Positions 8,982 through 18,010 of a stretch of 64,000 bases of DNA are shown one piece after another. A model generated the notes under the pieces. That model saw only the letters and a list, made by a program, of their open reading frames with translations, was not told the DNA's origin and made no database searches. Source of the DNA: Spirochaetia bacterium (GTDB lineage Bacteria; Spirochaetota; Spirochaetia; SZUA-6; Bin103); the NCBI GenBank assembly GCA_965199955.1, contig CBDATQ010000002.1, forward strand, positions 256,001 through 320,000. The letters are read 5' to 3'. The position numbers were made by a program, and so were the translations under genes. Within the stretch, counting starts at the first letter, position 1, and the number at the start of each line of letters is the position of its first letter.

Positions 8982-9770
8982 TCACCAGCGAGGGATCCCG
9001 CCGAGCAGCAGCTTCTGCTCCGGCGTGCCGTTCTCGCGCAGAGCGGTCATCTTCGGCCCGTCGAACGTCTCGCGCGACTTCATCCAGGCGTTCTGGTAGC
9101 ACATCAGGCACACCCGCCGCTTCGCGTCGGAGTTGTTGGCCGCTCCCCGGTGGTAGAGCCACCCGCTGAACAGCACGGCCTGGCCTGGCTTGGCGAGCAC
9201 GTAGAGCTCGTCGGGGAACTCCACCGGACTGTCCTTCGGCGGCCTGAAGATCGCCCGGTGGCTGCCGGGGAGTATGACGATGGGGCCGTTGTCCATGGTC
9301 AGCTCGTCCAGGTAGTAGCCGCAGTTGACCTGCCCCGGAATCGACCCGAACGGCGTGCCGTCCGGATCCTGCGGCCACGGCCCGTCGCGGTGCCAGTTCT
9401 GCTCCGGTGTGCCGGGCGGCGTGACGCGCCCGGTGGCGCTGTGGAGTTGGATCGCGTTGCCGAGGATTGCCTTCATGCGGGTGAGCACCGGCGGATGGTC
9501 GAGCAGGAAGGCGAAACGGTCGTCCTCCTCCAGCAGCTCCCTGAAGAGGCTGCCGTACGGCCCCGGGTTGGGCTCCCCGTTCCATCCGAAGGTGTCGCGC
9601 GCGTCCGCGTCGTCCATGGCGTCGCGCAGGACCTCGATCTGCTCCGGGGTGATCGCGTCATCGACGACCAGGTACCCCCACTTCTGGAAGAAGTGCACCT
9701 CCTGCTCCAGCTCGGGCGTGAGCTCGGGGTTCAGCCGCTCCGGAACGATCGAGAGGTCAGGGCGCGCCAT
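8982..9770 (-). CDS. Phytanoyl-CoA dioxygenase (PhyH) family Fe(II)/2OG enzyme
   Basis: WHRD, NGPIVILPGSH, LYHRGAANNSDAKRR. Confidence 0.88.
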   Translation of the reverse strand: MARPDLSIVPERLNPELTPELEQEVHFFQKWGYLVVDDAITPEQIEVLRDAMDDADARDTFGWNGEPNPGPYGSLFRELLEEDDRFAFLLDHPPVLTRMKAILGNAIQLHSATGRVTPPGTPEQNWHRDGPWPQDPDGTPFGSIPGQVNCGYYLDELTMDNGPIVILPGSHRAIFRPPKDSPVEFPDELYVLAKPGQAVLFSGWLYHRGAANNSDAKRRVCLMCYQNAWMKSRETFDGPKMTALRENGTPEQKLLLGGIPRW

Positions 9771-9869
9771 GGCATGCTTCGTCCAAGGTCCCATGATTAG
9801 GTCGAATGCCGATCGCGGTGGTCAACGTGTGGAAGCGGGGCGAGCAGCGCGCTCCCCACTAGCACTAGC

Positions 9870-11831
9870 CCGAAGTTCCAGGAGCGAAATGCTCTGAAGT
9901 CTTTGTGATCATGATAGTTACCTTGATTCCTCAGGGTCGCGTGCGTGGCTACACGCGGGATTTGATCCCAAGCAGCTCGAAACAGCGCTGCTGAACCGGC
10001 GTCGGGTGCGTGTGCAGCGTGAATGTGCTTTCGCCGTCGGCGATTCGCATCGTGTTCGCCGTCAGGGTGCCCAGTTCGTCGATCAACGTCCGAAAGCTGT
10101 GCACCGGCAGCCCGTCCTCGGTGCGCTTGCTCGACGCCTTGGCCGCCGCGGCCGCCGATCGCTGCGCCGGCGCCACTTCGGAGACCCGCTTGCGCTCGGC
10201 GCCCTGTCGATCGTGATCGTCGAACAGCAACGGCGCCAGCGAGCGCCGCATGTGCCACTCCACGTAGTAGGCCAGCATGCACAGCAGCACGTGCGCCCGC
10301 ACCCGATCGGCGCGCCGGTGGTGAATCGGGCGCACCTTCAGGTCCACGGACTTCATGCACCGAAACGCCCGCTCCACCTTCGACAGCCCCTTGTAGGCGC
10401 GCACCGTCTGCGCCGCGTCGAGCACCTGCGGCTCCACGTTGCTGCGCACGATGTACAGCCCGTCCAGCGCCTGCTCGGCGGCGATCTTGTGCTCATCGCG
10501 CCGAAAGCTGAACGACTCGGAGGTGATCTCGGTCACGAAGTGCTTGCCCACCTTGTAGTGATTGATCACCTTGCCGACCCGCATGCCGATCTCGGCCTCG
10601 CCCCGTAGCGGCTGATGGACGCGCTGGGTGGCCTGAGCGATCGGGGCCAGCTTCTGCTCGGTGGCCTGTAGCAGCTCCTGGCGCTTGCGCTTCCGTTCGT
10701 CGGCCAGCAACGGGTTGCGGCACACGATCAGCCGCTCGCCCGGAAACTCCTCGCTGGTGATCTCGGCCAGGTCGCGCTCGTCGAACAACGACGGCGCCAC
10801 CTCACCGGCGGCCACCAGCTTGCGGATCGTCGGCGCGCGCAGCGTGGTGATCCAGCGCAGCCCCTCCACCTCTTGCAGGTCCTCGCGGATCCTCGCCGCG
10901 CTCAGCATCCCGCGGTCGCCGACCAGCACCACCCGCGTGAGTCCGAAGCGGGTGCGGATCTTGTCCACCTGCGCGCTCACCGTCTTCGGGTCGGCGGTAG
11001 AGCCAGGCAAGACTTCCACCGCCACCGGACAGCCTTCCTGGGTGCACAGCAGCCCGAACACGATCTGCAGCGTGCCCGACTTGCCGTCACGGCTGTGTCC
11101 CAACTGCGCCAGCTCGCAGTGGCTGCCCTCGAAGTAGGTCGAGCTCACGTCGTAGAGCACCAGCGTGTGCTCGCTGAGGTGCTGTTCAGCCAGGCGGTCC
11201 TCGATCGCCGCCTGGCGCCCGACCAACCAGTCCATCGCCTCGTAGAGCTCGTTCTCATCGACCTCGCCCAGCCGCAACGCCTCGCCGAGGGTTGACGCCG
11301 CGCTCGGCGGTGATAGCGCGCGGGCGGTGGCCAGCTTGGACTGCGCGTCGATGACGCGGGCGGTGATCATGGCGATGACCAGCTCGCGCGAGCGGCTGGC
11401 CTTGCGGGCGATGAGGGTATGGAGTCCGAGCTGCTTGAGGATGCCCAGCACGGCGGCGACATGGCCGTGGGGGAGGCTGCGCAGGCAGTCGAACGCGTCT
11501 TTGGGGTTGACCAGCGGTTCGCCCTTGAGGGCTCTGCGGATCAGATCGATGACGTGATCGGGGAGATGGGAGATGTTGCCGAGGGTTTCGTGCTTGATCT
11601 TTCCGTCCTGGCGGAAGGTACGGCGCAGCAGGTGGGTGTGGTAGGTCCGGTTGCCATGGCGGCGCGTAGTGGTGGCTACATGCACGGGTCCCTGTCTGCT
11701 GGGCATAGTTGCCAGGATAGCAGAAAGAGGAACGAGCGTCAACTACACTCGTGGCTACACATTGCACCTCCAAAATGCGGTAACTGCCATTGCTTCAAAT
11801 AGTTACGTCAATTTCGGCTCTGGAACTTCGG
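9870..11831 (-). mobile_element. IS1634-family insertion sequence, copy 1 (1962 bp)
   Basis: Terminal inverted repeats CCGAAGTTCCAG...CTGGAACTTCGG; all ORF translations match copy 2; flanks ACTAGC and GTTAAC do not match each other. Confidence 0.92.
9949..11706 (-). CDS. IS1634-family DDE transposase
   Basis: LYDVSSTYFEG, GHSRDGK, VGDRGM, YKGLSKVERAFRCMKS, RVRAHVLLCMLAY; start placed at MPSRQG from the promoter position. Confidence 0.92.
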   Translation of the reverse strand: MPSRQGPVHVATTTRRHGNRTYHTHLLRRTFRQDGKIKHETLGNISHLPDHVIDLIRRALKGEPLVNPKDAFDCLRSLPHGHVAAVLGILKQLGLHTLIARKASRSRELVIAMITARVIDAQSKLATARALSPPSAASTLGEALRLGEVDENELYEAMDWLVGRQAAIEDRLAEQHLSEHTLVLYDVSSTYFEGSHCELAQLGHSRDGKSGTLQIVFGLLCTQEGCPVAVEVLPGSTADPKTVSAQVDKIRTRFGLTRVVLVGDRGMLSAARIREDLQEVEGLRWITTLRAPTIRKLVAAGEVAPSLFDERDLAEITSEEFPGERLIVCRNPLLADERKRKRQELLQATEQKLAPIAQATQRVHQPLRGEAEIGMRVGKVINHYKVGKHFVTEITSESFSFRRDEHKIAAEQALDGLYIVRSNVEPQVLDAAQTVRAYKGLSKVERAFRCMKSVDLKVRPIHHRRADRVRAHVLLCMLAYYVEWHMRRSLAPLLFDDHDRQGAERKRVSEVAPAQRSAAAAAKASSKRTEDGLPVHSFRTLIDELGTLTANTMRIADGESTFTLHTHPTPVQQRCFELLGIKSRV

Positions 11832-12083
11832 GTTAACGGCGGCCGAGGCTCGATCCGGGGCGGTCACCCACAAGTGCGTGGCGGCCGTCGGCCGGATCGG
11901 CGTCCACTCGCTCCGGGTTCGCCCCAGCGATTCGACGCGGCCGGGATCGGTTTGGTGAAGCTGCTACGGGTGCGGGGTGGGTGAGTAGCCTCAAAGTGCG
12001 CGGCGTGCGGTCGCCGACTGCTCCCTCGGTCCATAGGTCAGACGGGAGCGGCCACCCCCGGCCCGGTCGCGCAGTCAGCAAAG

Positions 12084-12510
12084 TCAGTCGGCGGGGGCTT
12101 CGGGCATGTTCCGCTCGTCTGCGAGCGTTTCTAACTCATCAAATACGGGGTTCGCGATACCACGATCTTTCACAGCCTGCAGTAGTCGATCCTTCACACC
12201 GTCCGCCAGTTTCGCAGCGTTCGGTAACAGTGTCGCGGCGCTTGTCTGGAACTCGATCAGCCGAAGCAGTAGATCGGCCATCTGTGCCGGGGTCGCGTCG
12301 GTGGAGGCGACGTTCGCTTCGGCTCGCAGTTCATCTGCGCTGTCGATCAAACCTCGCAGGTAGCCGCCGACGGCATCCATTCCGAACTCAGCGGCGAGCG
12401 CAACCAAGCCGCGCCTTTGGAACAGCGAACCGTTCTACCAGCCCGGCTACGGCGACGGCTGTCTCCTCATCCAAGAGGACCGACACCCGTCGTTGCGCAG
12501 TAGCCTCCTT
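12084..12510 (-). pseudogene. Degraded hypothetical gene, possibly with an RHH-like N-terminus
   Basis: The 107-aa ORF 12084-12407 joins an upstream frame RRVSVLLDEETAVAVAGLVERFAVPKARL if one T near 12406 is removed. Confidence 0.3.
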
Positions 12511-12957
12511 CCAGGCTGTTGACCTCCTTGTCGGGTCGCGGTGTGCTCATGAGCCACCACGGTACCGCGTGGCTCGCTTCAGTCAAGGCGCGGAACGCTG
12601 CGCCCGAGCGTCCTGGATACATTCCCACAGGTCGCGCGATCGGGGCTGCCCCTCCGCGAGTTGCTCTCCGTCGTCGCCTTGGCCACGACGCACCGCAGGC
12701 CGGGGGCTCGTCGTTGCGAGCCGCGGCCAGTTGAGCCGCGCGTACGACATCACGTAGTCCTGCGGAAGCCGTTCCCGAACAACCAGAGGAGGCCAAGCAT
12801 GTTGCGCACCTTCCACAGGGCGGTCGAGCTGATCGCGGTCGTGGTGAGAGGGATTTAGGTTGATTGCCTCGACGTCGCTGAGGGCGCGGCGGGGAGGACA
12901 CCCTGCCGCGCTACTTGTCGGGGCCGAGGTATCCGCCGGTCTGGGCGCTGTGATGCG

Positions 12958-14250
12958 TCATTGGTCCTTGCAGATGGCCCGGTCGATCGCGGCTCGCAGG
13001 ATCGCCTCCGAGGCGCCGGACACGAATGCGTCGGTCGGCTCGTAGCCGCCCTCGGCGAACGACCGCTCCAGGGTGATGTATCCCGGTCCGAGGTCGCCGT
13101 AGCCGACCACCGCCAGGAACACGTCGGGCCGCGCGGCCTGGGCGTGGAGCTGGTACTCGATGAAGGTCTCGCCCGGCAGGTGCAGGATAGCCGCTTCGGC
13201 GCCGAAGTGGAGGCAGGTGACCGGGATCGGGCGCTTGTGGCGGCGCAGGTAGGTGAGCATCAGGGCGGCCCTGCTGAGCTCCTTGCTCTCGACCGCGCCT
13301 GGCGTGCGTATACGCTCCAGTAGCGCCTCCTCGTCCAGGTCGGGCCGCGGCGGGAGCAGCACCGGCTCCACGACCCAGCGCAGCCCCGCGAGCGGTTGGC
13401 GCTCCGCCGCCTGCTCGGCGGCGATCATGGCGTCGTGGATGCGGCCGGCGAACAGCTCGCGGTTGTAGGCGATGCCGTCGTTGTACTTGCCGGCGGCCAC
13501 GTTGCCGGCGCAGCCGGTGAAGTAGAGGTGCGGCACCCCGGACGCGGCGGTGCGCCGGTCGCGCGCCAGGCCCACGAACTCCGGGTTCACCACGCCGGTG
13601 CCGTCCAGGCTGGTGGGGTGCGTGGCATAGTAGTGGGCGACAGCCAGCGGCTCGTCCTCGTTCCAGAAGCCGATGGTCTTGAGCATCGGGTCGATCGCCC
13701 CTTCCGGCGCGGCCCGTACCATCGGGTCGCTGGTCTTGGTCCAGCGCATCGCCCAGAGCTTGCCGTCCTTCCCGATCAGGCGCCGGTTGGAGGCGATGCG
13801 GTCCACCCGCGCCTCGCCGGTGGTGAAGTGGGTGCAAGGCCGCGGATTGGCCATCGCCGCTGCGGCTGTCTCCGCGGACGCTGCGCGCGCCCGCTCCGCC
13901 CAGTCGCCGGCCATGATCACGTCCGGCCGGCCGTGGGCGTCCAGGATGTCCTGCGCGTCGCGGTCCGGCCACGGCGTGTCGTGCGCGTGGGTGCAGTGCA
14001 CGGCCACGCGGTCGTGGTGGGTGCCCACCGCCCGCGCCAGGTCCGCGCGCCAGCGGTCGTAGTCCCCGTTGCTGAGCTCGGCCCAGTCGAGCGCGCAGAG
14101 CACGACCGGCGGCTCGCCGTCCGGGACGAGGATCAGGCCCAGGGCCTGCAACCGACCGCCGATCTTCGCGGCCGGTGGATACCAGCCCGCGCACAGCGGA
14201 TGGCCGACCGGCGGCGTGACGTCGGACGCGAACGTGCACAGCCGGATCAT
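12958..14250 (-). CDS. Neutral-ceramidase-like metal-dependent hydrolase (uncharacterised)
   Basis: DVTPPVG, HCTHAHD, YATHP, FTGCAGN, LPGETF, GYGDLGPGY; AGGAGG and ATGA overlap. Confidence 0.75.
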   Translation of the reverse strand: MIRLCTFASDVTPPVGHPLCAGWYPPAAKIGGRLQALGLILVPDGEPPVVLCALDWAELSNGDYDRWRADLARAVGTHHDRVAVHCTHAHDTPWPDRDAQDILDAHGRPDVIMAGDWAERARAASAETAAAAMANPRPCTHFTTGEARVDRIASNRRLIGKDGKLWAMRWTKTSDPMVRAAPEGAIDPMLKTIGFWNEDEPLAVAHYYATHPTSLDGTGVVNPEFVGLARDRRTAASGVPHLYFTGCAGNVAAGKYNDGIAYNRELFAGRIHDAMIAAEQAAERQPLAGLRWVVEPVLLPPRPDLDEEALLERIRTPGAVESKELSRAALMLTYLRRHKRPIPVTCLHFGAEAAILHLPGETFIEYQLHAQAARPDVFLAVVGYGDLGPGYITLERSFAEGGYEPTDAFVSGASEAILRAAIDRAICKDQ

Positions 14251-15443
14251 CCGCATACCTCCTGCAGCACGCGCAGGTAGTTGCCGCCGATCATGGCGGC
14301 GATCTCGTCGTCGGTGTAGCCGCGAGTGGCTAGCGCCACCGTGAAGTACGGCGCGGCGACCCAGGCGAAGCTGCCGTCGAGCTGGCTCTCCATCGGCTCG
14401 GGGGCGTCCGCGAACAGGTGCGGCCGGATGTCGCCCGGGATCGAGCCTCGGTAGGAGACGTCGGAGCCGCGCCCGCCGACGTGCTCGATGCCCGCCACCT
14501 CGGCGACGTGCTCGACGTGGCGGAGCCAGTCGCCGAACCCGCCGAGCGGCTCGCCCAGGAAGCGGCGGCCGGGGCCGCCAAGGATCGACACGACGCCGCC
14601 GGTGCCGGCGATGGCGCGGATGGTCTCGTCGTCCACGTTCCGCAGATGGTCCCGGACCGCCGTGCAGCCGGTGTGGCTGTCGATCACGGGGGCGGTGGAG
14701 GCGGCGGCCGCGTCCAGGTGGGCGCGGCGGCTGCAGTGGGCCAGGTCGACGACGATGCCCAGCCGGTTGAGGCGCCGCACGTAGTCGACGCCGGCGTCGG
14801 TGAGGCCGTGGTCGCGGCGGTCGTAGCACTGAGTTCCGAGCCGGTTGGTGTAGTAGAGGATCTGCGCCTGCCGGAAGCCGAGCCGGTGGTAGATCTCCAG
14901 GTTGCCCAGGTCATGCTCGATCCATGGCGGAGGCCCGCCGGTGCTCCACATGATGCAGTGCTTGCCGGCGCGCTTGGCTTCCGCCACGTCGCCGGCGCAC
15001 CGGAACTTGACCAGGTGGTCGCGCAGCGCATCGAGCACGGCGGTGGTGCGCGCTACCGAGCGCAGCGTGATCATCGCGTCGTTGACCAGCCCGGAATAGC
15101 CCTCGGTCCGCCAGGAACAGAACATGTGGCCGTAGTCGTTGGCCAGGGTCACGCCCGAGCGGCGCCACGCCTCCAGGTACTCGGAGCGCACGCCGCCGTC
15201 GTGCACGACGGCGCGGTCGGCCACCTCCTGGAGTTGCAACTCCATGTCCTGTGGGGCCGTGCCTTGGCGGATCAGCTCGCGGGCGAGCCCGCTCATCGCG
15301 TGCGTCCACGGCCGGGCGCCCCCGGACACGGGATCGCAGACGATGGCGTCGCGGTGGATACGCAGGCCGCGCTCGATGTCGGCGTCGCAGGCGTTCAGCT
15401 CGTCGAGCGCGGCTTCCCAGGCGCGGTCGATCGCTTCGCTCAT
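14247..15443 (-). CDS. Membrane dipeptidase (peptidase M19) family protein
   Basis: GLTDAGVDYVRRLNRLGIVVDLAHCS, IDSHTG, RNVDDE, HVGGRGSD. Confidence 0.85.
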   Translation of the reverse strand: MSEAIDRAWEAALDELNACDADIERGLRIHRDAIVCDPVSGGARPWTHAMSGLARELIRQGTAPQDMELQLQEVADRAVVHDGGVRSEYLEAWRRSGVTLANDYGHMFCSWRTEGYSGLVNDAMITLRSVARTTAVLDALRDHLVKFRCAGDVAEAKRAGKHCIMWSTGGPPPWIEHDLGNLEIYHRLGFRQAQILYYTNRLGTQCYDRRDHGLTDAGVDYVRRLNRLGIVVDLAHCSRRAHLDAAAASTAPVIDSHTGCTAVRDHLRNVDDETIRAIAGTGGVVSILGGPGRRFLGEPLGGFGDWLRHVEHVAEVAGIEHVGGRGSDVSYRGSIPGDIRPHLFADAPEPMESQLDGSFAWVAAPYFTVALATRGYTDDEIAAMIGGNYLRVLQEVCG

Positions 15444-15571
15444 CGCAGACACTCTGCACGCGCGCGGTGTGGCTTGAACAGGCAGCGGTGGTCCTCGCTC
15501 GTTCAGTCCGCCACCGGGTCGACGTAGTAGGGTGGTCCGATGAAGACCCGCGGCTCGGGGCGGACGGGGCC

Positions 15572-16723
15572 ATGCCGGGTCGCCTGATCGGCTTCCACGC
15601 CGGCGGACGCCTGGGCGTCGTGGCCGAGGACGGCAGCGGCGAGCGGTACCTCGACCTGGACGTGCCCGGCCAGCAGCGCTGGCAGTTCGGGCCGCCGCTG
15701 CCGGACGGGCGGATCATCCTGCACAGCTTCGAGGACACTACGATGGGGCGGATGGTGATGGGCGACGTGCAGGTCAACCTCTGGTTCTACGATCTGCAGA
15801 GCGGCAGGCTCGAGTCCCTGGAAGTCGCCGACCGCCCGAGCCGCTTCCTTACCTGCGGCGCGGCCTTCGCCGACGGGCGCAGGCTGCTGGCCAGCGCCAT
15901 GGTCGACGGCGAGCAGCAGCTCTATGTCATGGACGTCGACGGCAGCGCATGCCGCGCGCTCACGCACCCGGGCCAGGGCTTCCACTACGGGGCCGAGATC
16001 AGTCCCGACCAGGCGCGCGTCGCCTGTCACGTCACCGGCGACAAGTCGAGCAGGTACCCCAAGGTTTACCCGTACAGCATCGAGGTGATCGAGGTCGCCA
16101 GCGGCGACCGGACCATGGTGGCGGCGCGGACCGGACACCTGTACTTCGCACCGGTGTGGTCGGCCGCGGGTGACCGGCTGGCGTACCTGGACTGCCGCTC
16201 CGCCACCGATCCCGCCCACTTCGCCGCCGACCTGTGCATCGGCCATCCCGACGCCACCGCCCACCGGGTGGTGACCGCCGGCCAGTCGCACTGGTTCGGG
16301 ACCTCCTACGGCGCCGACGGCTACCGCGGCGGCGGCTCCAACATGACCACCTGGATCCCGGGGCGGGAACGCATCACCTGGACCCGGCTGCTGCCGGACT
16401 CGCACGCGGACGCCCGCTTCGACGCCTCCCTCCCCGATCACGAGGAGCTGGTGTATGCACCCGAGCTGGCGCACGGCGGCACACACCTCTGCGCCCTGGA
16501 CCCCGACTCCGGGGATATGGAGGAGGTCACCAGCGCGGAGGAGGGCAGGTGGGACTACCACGCCTCCTGGTCGGCGGCCGGTGACGCGGTGGTCTTCTCA
16601 CGGGCGCGGGTCACCGAGCCGCCCGAGCTGTGGATCGCCTCTGCCGACAGTTCGGGCACGCGGCGGCTGAGCGCCGGGCACGACCGCTGGGGAGCCGGCT
16701 TCGGGCGCTGGCTCACCATCTGA
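15572..16723 (+). CDS. TolB-like PD40 beta-propeller protein
   Basis: LYVMDVDGS, ISPD, PVWSAAGDRLAY, ASWSAAGDAVVF, LWIASADSSG repeats. Confidence 0.8.
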   Translation: MPGRLIGFHAGGRLGVVAEDGSGERYLDLDVPGQQRWQFGPPLPDGRIILHSFEDTTMGRMVMGDVQVNLWFYDLQSGRLESLEVADRPSRFLTCGAAFADGRRLLASAMVDGEQQLYVMDVDGSACRALTHPGQGFHYGAEISPDQARVACHVTGDKSSRYPKVYPYSIEVIEVASGDRTMVAARTGHLYFAPVWSAAGDRLAYLDCRSATDPAHFAADLCIGHPDATAHRVVTAGQSHWFGTSYGADGYRGGGSNMTTWIPGRERITWTRLLPDSHADARFDASLPDHEELVYAPELAHGGTHLCALDPDSGDMEEVTSAEEGRWDYHASWSAAGDAVVFSRARVTEPPELWIASADSSGTRRLSAGHDRWGAGFGRWLTI

Positions 16724-16738
16724 GGCACCCTCGCCGCG

Positions 16739-17875
16739 CTATTGCAGGAACCGGGCGCGGCGCCGCCGCGGCGCCACGTAGAGGTGGTCGTCCTCCTCGG
16801 CGAGCGCGCTCACGTTGCCGGTCGACGGGTAGCTGCCGATGGCGTCCTCGACGATGTCCACGCCGAGGCCCGGCGCCTCGCTCAGGACGATGCTGCCGTC
16901 GACGATGTTCGGCTGCGGCTCCATCACCTCGTAGCGGGCGGGCACGTCGTCGGCCAGGTGCTCGAGCAGGAGGAAGTTCGGGACCGTCGCCAGCACGTGT
17001 GCGGCGCCCATCTCCGCGACCGGCCCGAGCGAGCCGTCGTGCGGGGCGATGACGGCGTAGTGCGCCTCCGCCAGCGCCGCGATCTTCTTGAGCTGGAGCA
17101 GGCCGCCGGCGCGCCCGGTGTCCGGCTGGATGACGTCGGCGATTTCCTCTTCCAGGACCTGCCGGACGCCCCAGAGGTAGGAGTGGCGCTCGCCGACCGC
17201 GATCGGGATGTTGACCGACTCCGCCACGCGGCGGATGCCCTCGATGTTCTCCGGGGCGACCGGGTCCTCGTAGAACAGCAGGTCGTACTCTTCGAGCCGC
17301 TGGCCCAGGGCGATGGCGTCGCGGGTGGTGAGCCACGGCGGCCCGTGCACGTCCACCATGAGGTCGACGTCCGGCCCCAGGGCATCGCGCAGGCGGGCGA
17401 CCTTCCTGGGCAGGCCGTCGAAGCCGCCGGTCTTGAGCGCGCCGTAGCCCATCGCGACCAGCTCCTCGTTCCGTTCCGGCGTTCCCGCGTGGGCGTAGAG
17501 CGCCACCTCGTCGCGGATCCTGCCGCCGAACAGCTCGAAGACCGGGACGCCCAGCGCCTTGCCCTTCAGGTCCCAGAGCGCCATCTCGATGCCGGTCATG
17601 GCGCCTGAGCCGACGACGCCGGTCATGCCGTGGCCCATCATCGCGGTCATGATCTTCTGGCAGATGCGCTCGATCCGGAACGGATCGTCGCCGACGAGGA
17701 TGGCGCTCAGGTCGCGGATCGCGGTCTCGACGACACGCGGCCAGCCGCTGGCCTCGCCTATGCCGTAGAGCCCTTCGTCGGTGAGCACCTTCACGAACAG
17801 CCAGTTGCGACGTGACCAGGAATCCTTGCCCGTGGCGGCGCTCATCAGGTAGGTCTCGATCTCCGTGATCTTCAT
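16739..17875 (-). CDS. Mandelate racemase/galactonate dehydratase-like enolase-superfamily enzyme
   Basis: WLFVKVLTDEGLYGIGE, ALWDLKGKALG, MVDVHG, FYEDP, AVGER, IAPHD. Confidence 0.9.
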   Translation of the reverse strand: MKITEIETYLMSAATGKDSWSRRNWLFVKVLTDEGLYGIGEASGWPRVVETAIRDLSAILVGDDPFRIERICQKIMTAMMGHGMTGVVGSGAMTGIEMALWDLKGKALGVPVFELFGGRIRDEVALYAHAGTPERNEELVAMGYGALKTGGFDGLPRKVARLRDALGPDVDLMVDVHGPPWLTTRDAIALGQRLEEYDLLFYEDPVAPENIEGIRRVAESVNIPIAVGERHSYLWGVRQVLEEEIADVIQPDTGRAGGLLQLKKIAALAEAHYAVIAPHDGSLGPVAEMGAAHVLATVPNFLLLEHLADDVPARYEVMEPQPNIVDGSIVLSEAPGLGVDIVEDAIGSYPSTGNVSALAEEDDHLYVAPRRRRARFLQ

Positions 17876-18010
17876 CTCGTCCCTCGCTTCATGGGTTGCG
17901 GCAACGCTACAACGGTAGTGCCCGTTCTGCTCTGACCCGTTACGATCGCGGGTGCGGCCGTCGGCGGCGTGTCGCGCACGGGCCGCCGACGGCGCCTGGA
18001 GGGAGACCGC

